DNA of 64,000 nucleotides from Candidatus Amesbacteria bacterium (GTDB lineage Bacteria > Patescibacteriota > Microgenomatia > CAZETR01 > Amesbacteraceae), in assembly GCA_027371535.1 (NCBI GenBank), contig DAHXMV010000001.1, positions 32,879 to 96,878 of the forward strand. Direction: 5' to 3'. The position numbers were made by a program, and so were the translations under genes. Below are positions 36,989-47,160 of this stretch, in pieces (positions within the stretch are counted from its first letter, which is position 1; the number at the start of each line of letters is the position of its first letter). The notes under the pieces are model-generated. The model saw only the letters and a program-made list of their open reading frames with translations. It did no database searches and was not told where the DNA came from.

Positions 36989-38521
36989 TTAATGCATTCC
37001 GTTATCTACATATACCTTAATTGAAGAATTATTTCCTCCAATTAACAGATCGCCAAGTTCTGTATGCCAACTATCATCGTACGGATATTCCATTTTATAT
37101 ATCCAATCCTTAAAGGCAGGATATGGTTCGTAAACCGGACTGGATTCTGGTAACCTTTTCCATCCATCCCAAGCAGCTGTAGCATAAGCTATCTGACCCG
37201 CATGTATACCAAATACCTGAGAATAAATTTTAGGATTATTTAAAGCTATATTATCCCAACCCTGCTTATTCCAAGGAACGGCACCTTTATAATTTGAAAT
37301 TTCAACTAACCCATCATCAAACTGTGCCGCTCTTATAACATAAATTTTTTCTGGATTGCCTTCTCTGTCGAAAAAATATGCAGGAGCATAAGCTAAAGCA
37401 GTAGCCAATTTAGTTCCTTCCTTTGTCTCAATATCGAACGGATCAGTAAAGACTCTCGAATCACCCCATATAGCAACAAATCCTATACATCCAGTAAAAT
37501 TTCCACTATAAACAATTTCTTTGTATTTTGAAGGTAGACGCGGTGTCGCTTTCATTATGGCCACAATATTATCTGGGATGGGGTAGTTCCAATGTTCATC
37601 GTTCATCGTCATGAGAAATTGTTCGGTAGTTTTATTGCCGATGAAGGTCAACTCAGTCCTTTTACCGGATATGATTTCTAGTCTGCCGGAGAGTTTACCG
37701 GTAGCTGTGGGTTCCATTTGGACAAACATGACATTACCAGCATCGAATCCATGCTCTTTGTTATATCCCCAGGTGGCTGCTATTTCTGATGGGTTTCTGA
37801 AAGCGGGAAAAACTGAACCCGTATCCAATTTATTTTCCCCGCCGACAACACCGGCCATAAGCGTGCCTTTGTCATTGGTAAACAATGCCGGGAAACCAAA
37901 AGGATAGGCAGTAATCATAATTTCCCCGTTGGCATTCATGTAAGTGTATGGCGCCACCTGGGTAATACTCTCCCCATTCCACTCGCCCTTGGTAATCCCG
38001 TTCTTGCCGGTTTCCAGCTTGAATAATCTTTTTGTAAATTCTTCCTTTACCGCACTGCCTTTATACGGGCTGACTTTATCGTTGGGATCCAAAAACTGGT
38101 CCAGTGTCAGTTCGGCGCCGTCATTTTCCGGCAAGGCCAGGGTCATTCCCGGATTGGCAGCGGCAAATTCCTCAGCTTTTATAGCCGGACTGATTGCCCG
38201 GGGGAAATACAATCCCTCAATCATGGTTTCGGTATCCGAAGATATCCCGATTTCATTAATGGTCTCTGATGCCACGGGGGTATTTGGCAGGGTGGCTGTC
38301 CGTGAGGGTACTGGGGTTTTAGTACTAGTTTTATTTATCGTTTCGGTAATTTTTTTCAATACGAAAGTAGCCGAAGCGGAAATAAGTTCAGTAGCTTTTT
38401 GCGTCTGTTCACAAGCCATATCTGATACCACAAAAATTGTGGCTAAAGTTATTAAACCGGCCGTTTTGAGAAATTCTTTTCTGGAAACTCTTTTATAAAG
38501 TGATTCGTTAAAATTTGGCAT
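36989..38521 (-). CDS. Putative exported (lipo)protein with Tat-like signal
   Basis: SRKEFLK, hydrophobic helix, then MA-C; Thr/Pro-rich linker; no recognised domain. Confidence 0.7.
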   Translation of the reverse strand: MPNFNESLYKRVSRKEFLKTAGLITLATIFVVSDMACEQTQKATELISASATFVLKKITETINKTSTKTPVPSRTATLPNTPVASETINEIGISSDTETMIEGLYFPRAISPAIKAEEFAAANPGMTLALPENDGAELTLDQFLDPNDKVSPYKGSAVKEEFTKRLFKLETGKNGITKGEWNGESITQVAPYTYMNANGEIMITAYPFGFPALFTNDKGTLMAGVVGGENKLDTGSVFPAFRNPSEIAATWGYNKEHGFDAGNVMFVQMEPTATGKLSGRLEIISGKRTELTFIGNKTTEQFLMTMNDEHWNYPIPDNIVAIMKATPRLPSKYKEIVYSGNFTGCIGFVAIWGDSRVFTDPFDIETKEGTKLATALAYAPAYFFDREGNPEKIYVIRAAQFDDGLVEISNYKGAVPWNKQGWDNIALNNPKIYSQVFGIHAGQIAYATAAWDGWKRLPESSPVYEPYPAFKDWIYKMEYPYDDSWHTELGDLLIGGNNSSIKVYVDNGMH

Positions 38522-38529
38522 TCTTTATC

Positions 38530-38556
38530 AAAAAAATCCCGCTACAGGGACGGGAT
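38530..38556 (-). terminator. Intrinsic terminator-like hairpin 8 nt upstream of the 38521 start
   Basis: Minus strand reads ATCCCG-TCCCTGTAG-CGGGAT followed by a T run. Confidence 0.7.
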
Positions 38557-38623
38557 AATTAATCAGGGTTCAACCTACAATAATTGAATATAACTTACAC
38601 AGCAGAAACATCTGATTTGGCTT

Positions 38624-38651
38624 ATTTTACCCCAAGTTTACTACAGGTCAA
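38624..38651 (-). promoter_or_regulatory. Sigma70-like promoter
   Basis: TTGACC-16 nt-TAAAAT just after the recO stop; the -35 lies in the inverted repeat CAGGT-CA-ACCTG. Confidence 0.5.
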
Positions 38652-38657
38652 CCTGAA

Positions 38658-39203
38658 TCATCGGAGTTTATCCAAAATTTTGGGAGAATACAGGGGACGG
38701 GAAATAATGTCTTCGATAAATTTGTATATATCACCCGTGAATTTCTTATCTTCCGGCCAGTAGCCCAGTTCAATTATCAGATTAATTAACCAATTTTCAA
38801 TTTTCAATTTCCAATTACTGTCCAAATTTTCAATATCCAAAAAGGCAGACAGAAGAAGAGTAAATATTTCAGGGTGAGATTGATTTTCCGGGGTAAGTTT
38901 GTCAACTGCTTCGGCCAACTGATATGCCAGATTCACCCGGCCCAAAAATTTCCGCCAGGAGGAAAAAGTATTGAGCAGGATGACTTCGGTTAAAAGATCG
39001 AGACTGCCCCGGCCTTTGACGACAAAAACCCTGACATGGTTAAACAGTTCCAGTGAACCTGCCCTTTTGGACTGCAGTTTCCTGACGCCTTTGACTTTAA
39101 GGACGACTTTGCCGGACTCTTTCGTAAACAAGGTGAGGATTTTATCCGCTTCACCGACGTTGACACGCTTTATTATTATGCCTTCGAGACAGTATGAACG
39201 CAT
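38658..39203 (-). CDS. recO: DNA repair protein RecO (short form)
   Basis: GIIIKR...GEADKILTLFT...GK....KGVRK..SKR. Confidence 0.9.
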   Translation of the reverse strand: MRSYCLEGIIIKRVNVGEADKILTLFTKESGKVVLKVKGVRKLQSKRAGSLELFNHVRVFVVKGRGSLDLLTEVILLNTFSSWRKFLGRVNLAYQLAEAVDKLTPENQSHPEIFTLLLSAFLDIENLDSNWKLKIENWLINLIIELGYWPEDKKFTGDIYKFIEDIISRPLYSPKILDKLR

Positions 39204-41149
39204 CAGTAAGAAACCAGAATATCTTTATCGCCGTCTAAAATAATTTCAGGCTGTTTCTGATTATTAACGGTTAACCGGTAGGAAAAGTTTTTTGAACCGC
39301 CCTGTTTTTGCAGCAACAGATGATACGGAGAACTTTTCACGGGGGTGGAATACTTTAAAGTAATAGTCCGGTTATTTTTAGGTGTCAATGTAAAGAAACC
39401 CTCGATCACAGTTTTCCCCAGGTCGTCGCTGACGTTTTGTCCGGTTTCAAAACCGTCTGCAGATACCAGTTTACTGCCCTTTGGCAGGTAGACCCGCAGC
39501 CAGTCCCGGAAAACCCCATTGAGCTTTAAATTGGTTTTGGGGTCGACGAAGTAACTTTGGGGATTCTGATATACCAATGTCAAAGTATTGGTTGTACCGC
39601 CGGGTCCGGCATTAACTTTCAGATCAGCATCATATTTGACCCAGGTATTGGTTTTAGCACCGGCAAAATTGGTATCCACAACCAGCAGATAATCACCATC
39701 GGAAGGCCGGATACGGCCGGCCATATTGAAAGCCTCGACAGCATTCTGGGCCTTCGGATCGGTATAATAAAACTGGATGTGCTTTTGGCTGATTAAGGTC
39801 AGTGCGGTATTAAACAGGTTAGCCATTTTAGATTTGGGCTGGGCCATGACATTTTGCAGAATGGAATACATCATCGGCCCGATGAAAGACTTTCTCTGAC
39901 CGTAATTGGCAGGCGCGGCAATAATCCGGCCGCTGACCGAGTCCCAAACCACCGGGCCCTCTACGTCGGCATACAACTCCAAGGCATAAAATGCCTGAGG
40001 GCAATTGCAGGTCGGATCGATATTGGCTGAAAAATTGCCGTAACCCGGGACCCCTATCTGGCCGGTAATTGACAGAGCGCTGACTAAAACCTGGGTATCC
40101 ATGGAAATAATACCGTCAACTTTATATGCCCCGGTAGTTAAATAATTTGGATAAAAAGTGTCCATGGAAACCTTGAAATCCGGAGACAGATTCATATCCC
40201 GGAGATTCCAATAAGGGACTTTGGGCAGATATTTCAAAATCGGCGACGGGGCGGTAATTTTCTTGGTGAACCGTTTGTCCAGAGAATACATATCTCCCGA
40301 TTCCAAAGTACTGATCTTACCCTTATTAACCTGGATCACCGCATAGGCGGTCATAAATCCCCCGGTCGGCCGTAATTCGGCGTCATTCTGGAATATCACC
40401 AAATATCTCCGGGGGGCATCCATACCCAGCATATACGGAGCGGCTTCCAAAAGCGGCCGGGCCTCATTGGTCAGGACGGCGGCTTCATCCAACAAGATTT
40501 TGCCTTTTTCCAACTCAGATCTGACCGGTTGGCCCTGAAACGTTTCTGGATAACGGGAGGGGTCGATATCGGCCACTTCGTTTTTGGCATTTTCCAAATG
40601 AGTACCGATCTGGGCCAGCTGGGGCTGGAGTTTTTCCAGGGTATTGAGAATGAAGTTGATCCTGTCCTGGGCAGTTTTGGTCCCGTCGGCTGCGGCAGAC
40701 ATATTTTTTAAACCAATAATGTCGGCGTATGGGGTAATACCCGTAATCGCCAGATTTCCGGCAGCCAAAACTTCGCCGGCAGCATTGAGACCGTGGACAC
40801 CATCCGCATAATAATTTTTGACATATGGCAAATTCCCCAGCCATTTCATTTTTTCCAGATTTGCACCGACGGAATCCAGGTCACTTTTAACCACCCCCAG
40901 CTGATTTTTCATACCTCCCAAATCCTGGTTTTTCAGATAAACACTTACCTGACCGGCTGAAGACTGAAGCTTTTTGACGGAAGCCAAGACCACCCCGGCC
41001 GGCCCAACTACAAAAAGGTAGACAAAAATTCCAACCAATACCACCAAACCCAGGAAACCTGTCAGTACGGATAAGAGAATTTTCACCCCCCGGGGGGATT
41101 TTGATTCAGGCAGGCTCGAATTATCCAGAGAATGAAAAAGAGTGGACAT
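39203..41149 (-). CDS. DUF4012-like membrane-anchored protein
   Basis: YLVIFQNDAELRPTGGF, LRDMNLSPDF, DWLRVYLPKGS, QKQGG. Confidence 0.85.
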   Translation of the reverse strand: MSTLFHSLDNSSLPESKSPRGVKILLSVLTGFLGLVVLVGIFVYLFVVGPAGVVLASVKKLQSSAGQVSVYLKNQDLGGMKNQLGVVKSDLDSVGANLEKMKWLGNLPYVKNYYADGVHGLNAAGEVLAAGNLAITGITPYADIIGLKNMSAAADGTKTAQDRINFILNTLEKLQPQLAQIGTHLENAKNEVADIDPSRYPETFQGQPVRSELEKGKILLDEAAVLTNEARPLLEAAPYMLGMDAPRRYLVIFQNDAELRPTGGFMTAYAVIQVNKGKISTLESGDMYSLDKRFTKKITAPSPILKYLPKVPYWNLRDMNLSPDFKVSMDTFYPNYLTTGAYKVDGIISMDTQVLVSALSITGQIGVPGYGNFSANIDPTCNCPQAFYALELYADVEGPVVWDSVSGRIIAAPANYGQRKSFIGPMMYSILQNVMAQPKSKMANLFNTALTLISQKHIQFYYTDPKAQNAVEAFNMAGRIRPSDGDYLLVVDTNFAGAKTNTWVKYDADLKVNAGPGGTTNTLTLVYQNPQSYFVDPKTNLKLNGVFRDWLRVYLPKGSKLVSADGFETGQNVSDDLGKTVIEGFFTLTPKNNRTITLKYSTPVKSSPYHLLLQKQGGSKNFSYRLTVNNQKQPEIILDGDKDILVSY

Positions 41150-41151
41150 AG

Positions 41152-41793
41152 TTAATAAGCTCCTTCTCCTGAGAGCATTGCCAAAGGAGTCTTAATCAGG
41201 ATTTTCAGATCATACCACAAGGAAATGTGACTGGCATAGTGAGCATCCATTTCGATCCTCTTATCGAAATTGATCTTGCTGCGGCCGGAGACCTGCCATT
41301 GACCGGTAATCCCGGGCCTGACAGAAAGGGCTAATTTAACCAGCTCCCTGGTCCGGGGATATTTTTTCTGCTGATTTTTTAATTCCTCATCATAATACGG
41401 CCGGGGGCCGATAAGGCTCATATCTCCCATAAAAACGTTTAAGAGCTGGGGAATTTCATCGATGGAATATTTGCGGATAAATTTACCTACCCGGGTAATC
41501 CGCGGATCGGCAAATAATTTAAAACTGTTCTGCCGCAACTGCCGGTATAATTTGCGGTACTTCGGGTCGGTGCGCAAAATATGGTGGGCGTTGGGAATCA
41601 TGGACCGGAATTTAAAGGCATAGAAAAGGCGGCCATTTTTACCTACCCTTTTGGGCGTGTCGGCAAAAACCGGCCCCTTCGGAGATTCGATTTTTATAGC
41701 CAATGCCGTTAACAGGCAAACCGGAGAAAAAAGGGTACCCAATGCCAGTGCCAGGAAAACATCCATGATACGTTTTAATCGGCTGTATGACAT
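41152..41793 (-). CDS. Monotopic sugar phosphotransferase (priming glycosyltransferase, PglC/WbaP C-domain type)
   Basis: [47 protein letters not shown]; start reassigned to MSYSR. Confidence 0.92.
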   Translation of the reverse strand: MSYSRLKRIMDVFLALALGTLFSPVCLLTALAIKIESPKGPVFADTPKRVGKNGRLFYAFKFRSMIPNAHHILRTDPKYRKLYRQLRQNSFKLFADPRITRVGKFIRKYSIDEIPQLLNVFMGDMSLIGPRPYYDEELKNQQKKYPRTRELVKLALSVRPGITGQWQVSGRSKINFDKRIEMDAHYASHISLWYDLKILIKTPLAMLSGEGAY

Positions 41794-41816
41794 GACTGGG
41801 ATCAATTTTACCAGGA

Positions 41817-42920
41817 TTACAAATATTCGGTCAAATTGCTGTCTTTTAATGCCTGGACCACCTGCTTGACACCCTGGGCTTCTTCTTTGGGACAAATTAA
41901 AAGCGCATCCGGAGTGTCGATAATCAACATGTCCTCAAGGCCAACGGTGGCGACAATTTTTTTATCCAGAAACAGCAGGTTGTTACGCGAATTTATACCG
42001 ATATATTTTCCCTGGCCATGCGGCCCTTCGATGACATTGCCCTCCCTGTCCCTGGACAAGTTGTTATAAACCTCTTTCCAGTCACCGATATCTGTCCAAT
42101 TAAAATCCGCCGGAACACAAATGAATTTATGCAATTTTTCCGCTACCGCATAATCAATGGCCATGCCCGGAGACATCTGATAGACGAGATTTAAAGTTTC
42201 ATTTTCCTTTTCGGTACCGATGTCCCCCATGAGTTTGGGCAGCAAAGAATAGATCTTTGGTTCAAATTTTTGCAGCAAATTCAATAAAAGCGAAGCTTTG
42301 AAAACGAAAAGGTTGGTATTCCAGTAATAATGACCGCTTCGGGTATACTTTTGGGCCAGAGGCAGCGGGGGTTTTTCGACGAATTTCTCACCGATTAAGT
42401 ATTTTCCATCCGAATCCGGCCAGGTTTTCACGGCTTTGATGTGACCCATGCCCGGGTGGGGAAACCGGGGTTTAATACCGATAGTTACCAGATAGGGAAA
42501 ATCCATAGCCAATTGAGCGGCAAAATGCACCTGGCGGACGAAAACATTCAGAGGTGAAATCAGATGATCCGAAGCCATATTTACTACCACGGCCTGAGGG
42601 TCATATTTATAGGCATAGGCAGTGGCCACCCCGATAGCCAGGGCGGTGTCCCGGCGCATCGGTTCACCGATAATATTTTCCGTAGGGATTTTCCGGGCCA
42701 GTTTTCTGACTAATGACAGGTAGCGATGCGAAGTAGAAATAATAATCCGGCGGGAATCCGTAACTTTCAGGGCCCGGTCCAGGGTAATTTCAAACAGAGA
42801 TTTACCCCCGAATAATTTGGCAAATTGCTTGGGGGTCTCTTCACGGGACTGGGGCCAGAGGCGGGTACCGCCTCCGCCGGCGATGATTAAAACGAATAAG
42901 TGGTCCGATATTTGTGCCAT
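41817..42920 (-). CDS. manC: Mannose-1-phosphate guanylyltransferase
   Basis: AGGGGTRLWPQSR..PKQF, EP..RDTA, SDH, FVEKP, IDYAVAEK, WTDIGDW. Confidence 0.88.
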   Translation of the reverse strand: MAQISDHLFVLIIAGGGGTRLWPQSREETPKQFAKLFGGKSLFEITLDRALKVTDSRRIIISTSHRYLSLVRKLARKIPTENIIGEPMRRDTALAIGVATAYAYKYDPQAVVVNMASDHLISPLNVFVRQVHFAAQLAMDFPYLVTIGIKPRFPHPGMGHIKAVKTWPDSDGKYLIGEKFVEKPPLPLAQKYTRSGHYYWNTNLFVFKASLLLNLLQKFEPKIYSLLPKLMGDIGTEKENETLNLVYQMSPGMAIDYAVAEKLHKFICVPADFNWTDIGDWKEVYNNLSRDREGNVIEGPHGQGKYIGINSRNNLLFLDKKIVATVGLEDMLIIDTPDALLICPKEEAQGVKQVVQALKDSNLTEYL

Positions 42921-44011
42921 AAAGGCGAGTATACTTTAACAAATTCCGATAAAAAACGCTCGCGGGAATATTTCCGGGCATAATCTGAAATTTGCCGGGG
43001 TTTAAATTTGCCCTCTTCAAAAGCATTAACCAGATCAACCAGACCATTAACTGACGGATCATCGGAAAGCATGCCGGTTACGCCCGGGATTACTGTTTCG
43101 GCTGCCCCGCCGAGATTTAGTGCAATCACCGGCGTACCGGCGGCCATGGCTTCTACCGGAGTAATGCCAAAATCCTCCTCATGATAATAGATTAGGGCTT
43201 TGGCATGACGATAGTAATTTCGCATCTCCGAATCATCAACAAATCCCCGGAATTCAATATTCGGTCCGGCAATTTGTTTTAAATATCCTTCCATGGAACC
43301 AGTGCCCACGACGATAAGGGGTTTTTTCAACCGGTTAAAAGCATTGATAACCAATTCGGGTCTTTTATAGGCCACCAACCGGCTGACCCAGAGAAAATAA
43401 TCATTCTTCCGAAAGTTTTGGCTGCCGGTAAAAAATGCCGTATCCACCGGGGGAAAGACCACCGGACTATCCCGGTGATAATATTTTTTTACCCGGGACC
43501 GGACAGTGCCGGAGATAGAAATATAAGAGTCCGGCCGCGAGGAAGCGATGGTATCCCATTCCTTTAGATAATTAAAAACGGGCCAGGAAATTATTTTAGC
43601 CGGCAGGGACATGCCCCGGCGATAATCATCATAATGGCTCCATAAATATCGGGTGGGGGTCAGGCAATAGCATAGATGAAAGGTGGCGGGCTGGGTGATA
43701 ATACCTTTGGCATCCGCACTGGTTACGGAAATAACGGCATCGTAACCGGCAAAATTAAAGGATTCAAAAGCCAGCGGGGTTAAAAAAGGAATTTTTTCGT
43801 GATGACTTTTTATGCCGGGCAACCGATTAAGGAAGGAAGGGATGACCAGGGGGAAGACTTTGGCCCAACCGGCTTTTTTTTCATCATAGACGGCAGTAAA
43901 CAAGGGCGCCCGGGGAAAAATTTCATGGAGGGCTAAAAGCACCCTTTCCGCCCCGCCCCATTTATTAACCCGGTCGTAGACTAGGGCAACTCTTGCAGGT
44001 AAATCTGCCAT
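42887..44011 (-). CDS. Glycosyltransferase family 4 (mannosyltransferase-like)
   Basis: GGAERV, YCLTPTRYLW, SRLVAYKR, EDFGITPVEAMA. Confidence 0.92.
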   Translation of the reverse strand: MADLPARVALVYDRVNKWGGAERVLLALHEIFPRAPLFTAVYDEKKAGWAKVFPLVIPSFLNRLPGIKSHHEKIPFLTPLAFESFNFAGYDAVISVTSADAKGIITQPATFHLCYCLTPTRYLWSHYDDYRRGMSLPAKIISWPVFNYLKEWDTIASSRPDSYISISGTVRSRVKKYYHRDSPVVFPPVDTAFFTGSQNFRKNDYFLWVSRLVAYKRPELVINAFNRLKKPLIVVGTGSMEGYLKQIAGPNIEFRGFVDDSEMRNYYRHAKALIYYHEEDFGITPVEAMAAGTPVIALNLGGAAETVIPGVTGMLSDDPSVNGLVDLVNAFEEGKFKPRQISDYARKYSRERFLSEFVKVYSPLWHKYRTTYSF

Positions 44012-45078
44012 GTTTTTTCGGCCATCTCTGACCAGGAATATGATTTAACTTTCTCCAGCCCTTTCATGCGAAACAGCTTATTTAAACGACGATCAGAGAC
44101 AAGCCGGATAATTTTTTGGGACAGGTCCACGGGGTTTGCCGGATCAAAATAAACCGCTGCATGGCCGTATATTTCAGGCAAACAGGATGCGTTGGCGGCT
44201 ATCACCGGCAATCCGACAGCCATAGCTTCCAAACCGGTCAAACCAAAACCTTCAATCAGGGAAGGAAAGACAAAGGCAGAGGCTTTGGCATAAAGTTGGG
44301 ACAATTCCTCATCCGTTAACTTTCCCAACAGATGCACCTGTCTGCTGACACCGAGACGGCTGATCATTTCCTTGGCTTTTTCCGTAAAAGCGGATCTGGC
44401 ACCGACAAGCGCCAGACTGACCCGGCCGTTTAATAAGCGGATGGCATTTAAGAGAACCGGAATATTTTTATGGGGGTAGAGATTTCCGGTATAGACCACA
44501 AAGGGTTTGGGCATCCCGAAGGATTTTCCATGCCCGGTGATTTTGATATGCCTGTCAACGCCCTCGTAAGTAACCTGAATTTTTGACCGGGAAATTCCGA
44601 ACCGGTGAATGATTTCGTTGGCCCAAAATTCGGCGGGGACAAGAATTTTTTTGGCCCTTATCAGAGCGATACGGTCGACTAACAGATATCCAATATATTT
44701 TATCTTATAAAAAGAATAATTTTTTGTGGTGGAGTCACGGCCATGGGAAAGATGACGAATCAGGTCATGAAAAGTAACGACCATCCTGCCGGGCCAGAGG
44801 ACGGGGATGCTGGAATGGGTGGCATGAAACAATTCAGGCCTGATCTGAAACCACAACTTCAACATTTCCAATTGCGACATCAAAGTATACGGATGATATC
44901 CGGCCACGAATTTTTTAAACCCCGCAAGTTTGGGCTCGTTAACGTCTGCCGGAGAAACAATCAGGACTACCCTGACCTTTGGATCTTCGGGCAGAAAGTC
45001 TATCAGATTCTCCACATAACGGCCGATACCGGTATGCGAAATGCCCCAGAGACGGGCATCGATACAGATGGTTTTCAT
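43981..45078 (-). CDS. Glycosyltransferase family 4
   Basis: TGIGRY, TFHDL, PHKN, EGFGLTGLEAMA. Confidence 0.92.
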   Translation of the reverse strand: MKTICIDARLWGISHTGIGRYVENLIDFLPEDPKVRVVLIVSPADVNEPKLAGFKKFVAGYHPYTLMSQLEMLKLWFQIRPELFHATHSSIPVLWPGRMVVTFHDLIRHLSHGRDSTTKNYSFYKIKYIGYLLVDRIALIRAKKILVPAEFWANEIIHRFGISRSKIQVTYEGVDRHIKITGHGKSFGMPKPFVVYTGNLYPHKNIPVLLNAIRLLNGRVSLALVGARSAFTEKAKEMISRLGVSRQVHLLGKLTDEELSQLYAKASAFVFPSLIEGFGLTGLEAMAVGLPVIAANASCLPEIYGHAAVYFDPANPVDLSQKIIRLVSDRRLNKLFRMKGLEKVKSYSWSEMAEKTWQIYLQELP

Positions 45079-45971
45079 ACCTGTGAATTTAAATATTTAA
45101 TTTTAAAGGTCCTGACAATTTTTAAAAGAGACATCCCGGTGTAGACAATGAAATTAAAAATTGCCGGATAACCGGATTTGTAGTGTTTATCGTAAAAAAT
45201 CCGCATGGCACTGATTCCGGCCTGCATCGACCTGATCCGGGTAGAAATACCTGCCGAACCGCGTCCGGTGGCCTGCAGTCCGGATGAGGAGCCTTTGAAA
45301 TGCGTAATTTTAACCTGGGGAATAAAGACGATTTTCCAATTGGCACGCTTTAATCTGAAACACAGATCCAGATCCTCGCCGTTCCACCAAAAATCTTCAT
45401 CAAACCAGCCCAATTTTTTTCCCGCGGAAGTCTTAAACATGGCAAAAGCCCCGCACAACGCATCTATTTCATGAACTGTTTGCGGAATCAGGTTATCGGA
45501 ATATCCGGAAAACTTTCTGAAATAACCGGTAAAAAAATAAATAAAAGCATTGGCAGGATTGGGGAAACGCCGGTGACAGGAATAATCAAGGCGGCCATCG
45601 GGCAGTTCCACCCGGCAGGTAGCGGCCCCCACGTCGGGATGAGACTTTAAATATTCCAGGACAGTGCTGATTACTTCCGGGTAAACAATGGTGTCCGGAT
45701 TCAGCAATAGCGTAAAAGGGCCGGATACCTGTTTTAGAACCAAATTATTGGCTGCCCCGAAACCTATATTCTCTTTATTGGCAACCACCCTCACCCGGGG
45801 AAATTTATTCCGGACCATCCGGACGGAATTGTCGACGGAAGCATTATCAATGACAACTATTTTCCATTTATCGGTCTTTTTTTGAGATCTGATGACCGAA
45901 TCGAGACAACCGGAAAGAAGATTCTCCACATTGTAACTTAAAATCACGATGGTCAGTTCATCCGCGGCCAT
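45075..45971 (-). CDS. Glycosyltransferase family 2 (WbbL-like)
   Basis: ILSYN, DNAS.D, NIGFGAANN, LLNPD, EDLDLC. Confidence 0.9.
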   Translation of the reverse strand: MAADELTIVILSYNVENLLSGCLDSVIRSQKKTDKWKIVVIDNASVDNSVRMVRNKFPRVRVVANKENIGFGAANNLVLKQVSGPFTLLLNPDTIVYPEVISTVLEYLKSHPDVGAATCRVELPDGRLDYSCHRRFPNPANAFIYFFTGYFRKFSGYSDNLIPQTVHEIDALCGAFAMFKTSAGKKLGWFDEDFWWNGEDLDLCFRLKRANWKIVFIPQVKITHFKGSSSGLQATGRGSAGISTRIRSMQAGISAMRIFYDKHYKSGYPAIFNFIVYTGMSLLKIVRTFKIKYLNSQV

Positions 45972-47160
45972 GGCCCACCTCCTGATAGATCAGATTTAAC
46001 GTCTGGGAAATTCTTTTCCAGTCATAACGGCCGGAGACAAATTTACGCCCATTTAAAGCCAGCTTATGCTGCAATCTCTTATCCATAAACAATCGCGTCA
46101 CTGCATCGGCCATCTCACTTTCGGTATTGGCTACAAGGGCTTCTTTTCCGGGAGTTATGCCAAAGCCCTCCAGGGCAATACCGGTACCGACGGCAGGAGT
46201 TCCGGTAGCCATGGCTTCCAAAATTTTATAGCGCGTACCCTTTCCGGAAAAGACGGGGGCCAATAAGATGTGTGACCGGTAATAAGCATCCCGGATATCG
46301 GGAATACCTCCGGTGACTTTGATTGAATCATCCCGCTTTTCATAAGCATAAACCTGAGGCGTAGGATGATTACCCACAATCCACAACCTGACACCGGGGA
46401 CCTGTTTTTTAATCAGCGGCCAGACTTTTTCCACGAGAAATTCCACGGCTTCGGAATTCGGCAGCCATTTGAAAGTCCCGACAAACAACACCGTCGGATG
46501 CGAGGGCAGCTGCTTCTTTTTCTCTTTAAACCAATCCATATCCACGCCGTTGGCGACCACATCGATATTTTTAACAGTCGGGGCGATGGATTTAATAAAT
46601 TGCTTATCTTCTTCACTCATGGTGATCAAACGGTTACAGGATCTCCAGTAATGTTTTTCCCAGAATTTGATTTTATTAATATCGATATAAAGCAGAGGTT
46701 TTAAAGGCCATAATTTACTTTTGGAAGCATAACTCTGGTAGCCCAGGTATTCGATGGTCTGCTCCACCAAAATTACGGGAATATCGGTTTGGGGAATATT
46801 GGGCATCATATAGAATGTTTCGGCGTGAATCAGATCATAGTGGGACCTGGCTATCTCCATCTCCACAGCGGTTTTGGTGTCAACCACAAGATTTCTGGTA
46901 ACCAAAAACGGGTAGGGAGAAAAGCCGGCCCGCAGGATATTCTTTAAAGCCCAGGGCGAAAAGGTCCGTTTGAATACCTCTATTTTATGACAAAAAGGCT
47001 GAAGATCGGCCAAATATTGCTTTTCTTTTTCATCTTTAATTAACGAGAACAGGGTAATCTGATGTTTGGGGCTCAAATTTTTGAGCAGATTATAGGTGCG
47101 GATCTGGCCACCGGATACCAGGGGGTAGGGCAGATACGGCGTCAGCATGAGGATTTTCAT
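45958..47160 (-). CDS. Glycosyltransferase family 4
   Basis: PYP..SGG.IR, VANGVD, GTRYKILEAMA. Confidence 0.9.
   Translation of the reverse strand: MKILMLTPYLPYPLVSGGQIRTYNLLKNLSPKHQITLFSLIKDEKEKQYLADLQPFCHKIEVFKRTFSPWALKNILRAGFSPYPFLVTRNLVVDTKTAVEMEIARSHYDLIHAETFYMMPNIPQTDIPVILVEQTIEYLGYQSYASKSKLWPLKPLLYIDINKIKFWEKHYWRSCNRLITMSEEDKQFIKSIAPTVKNIDVVANGVDMDWFKEKKKQLPSHPTVLFVGTFKWLPNSEAVEFLVEKVWPLIKKQVPGVRLWIVGNHPTPQVYAYEKRDDSIKVTGGIPDIRDAYYRSHILLAPVFSGKGTRYKILEAMATGTPAVGTGIALEGFGITPGKEALVANTESEMADAVTRLFMDKRLQHKLALNGRKFVSGRYDWKRISQTLNLIYQEVGHGRG

Noticed and set aside
32708-38521. Diversity-generating retroelement or invertase shufflon as the diversifier
   Set aside because: No reverse transcriptase, recombinase, template/variable repeat pair or flanking inverted repeats were seen in the window.
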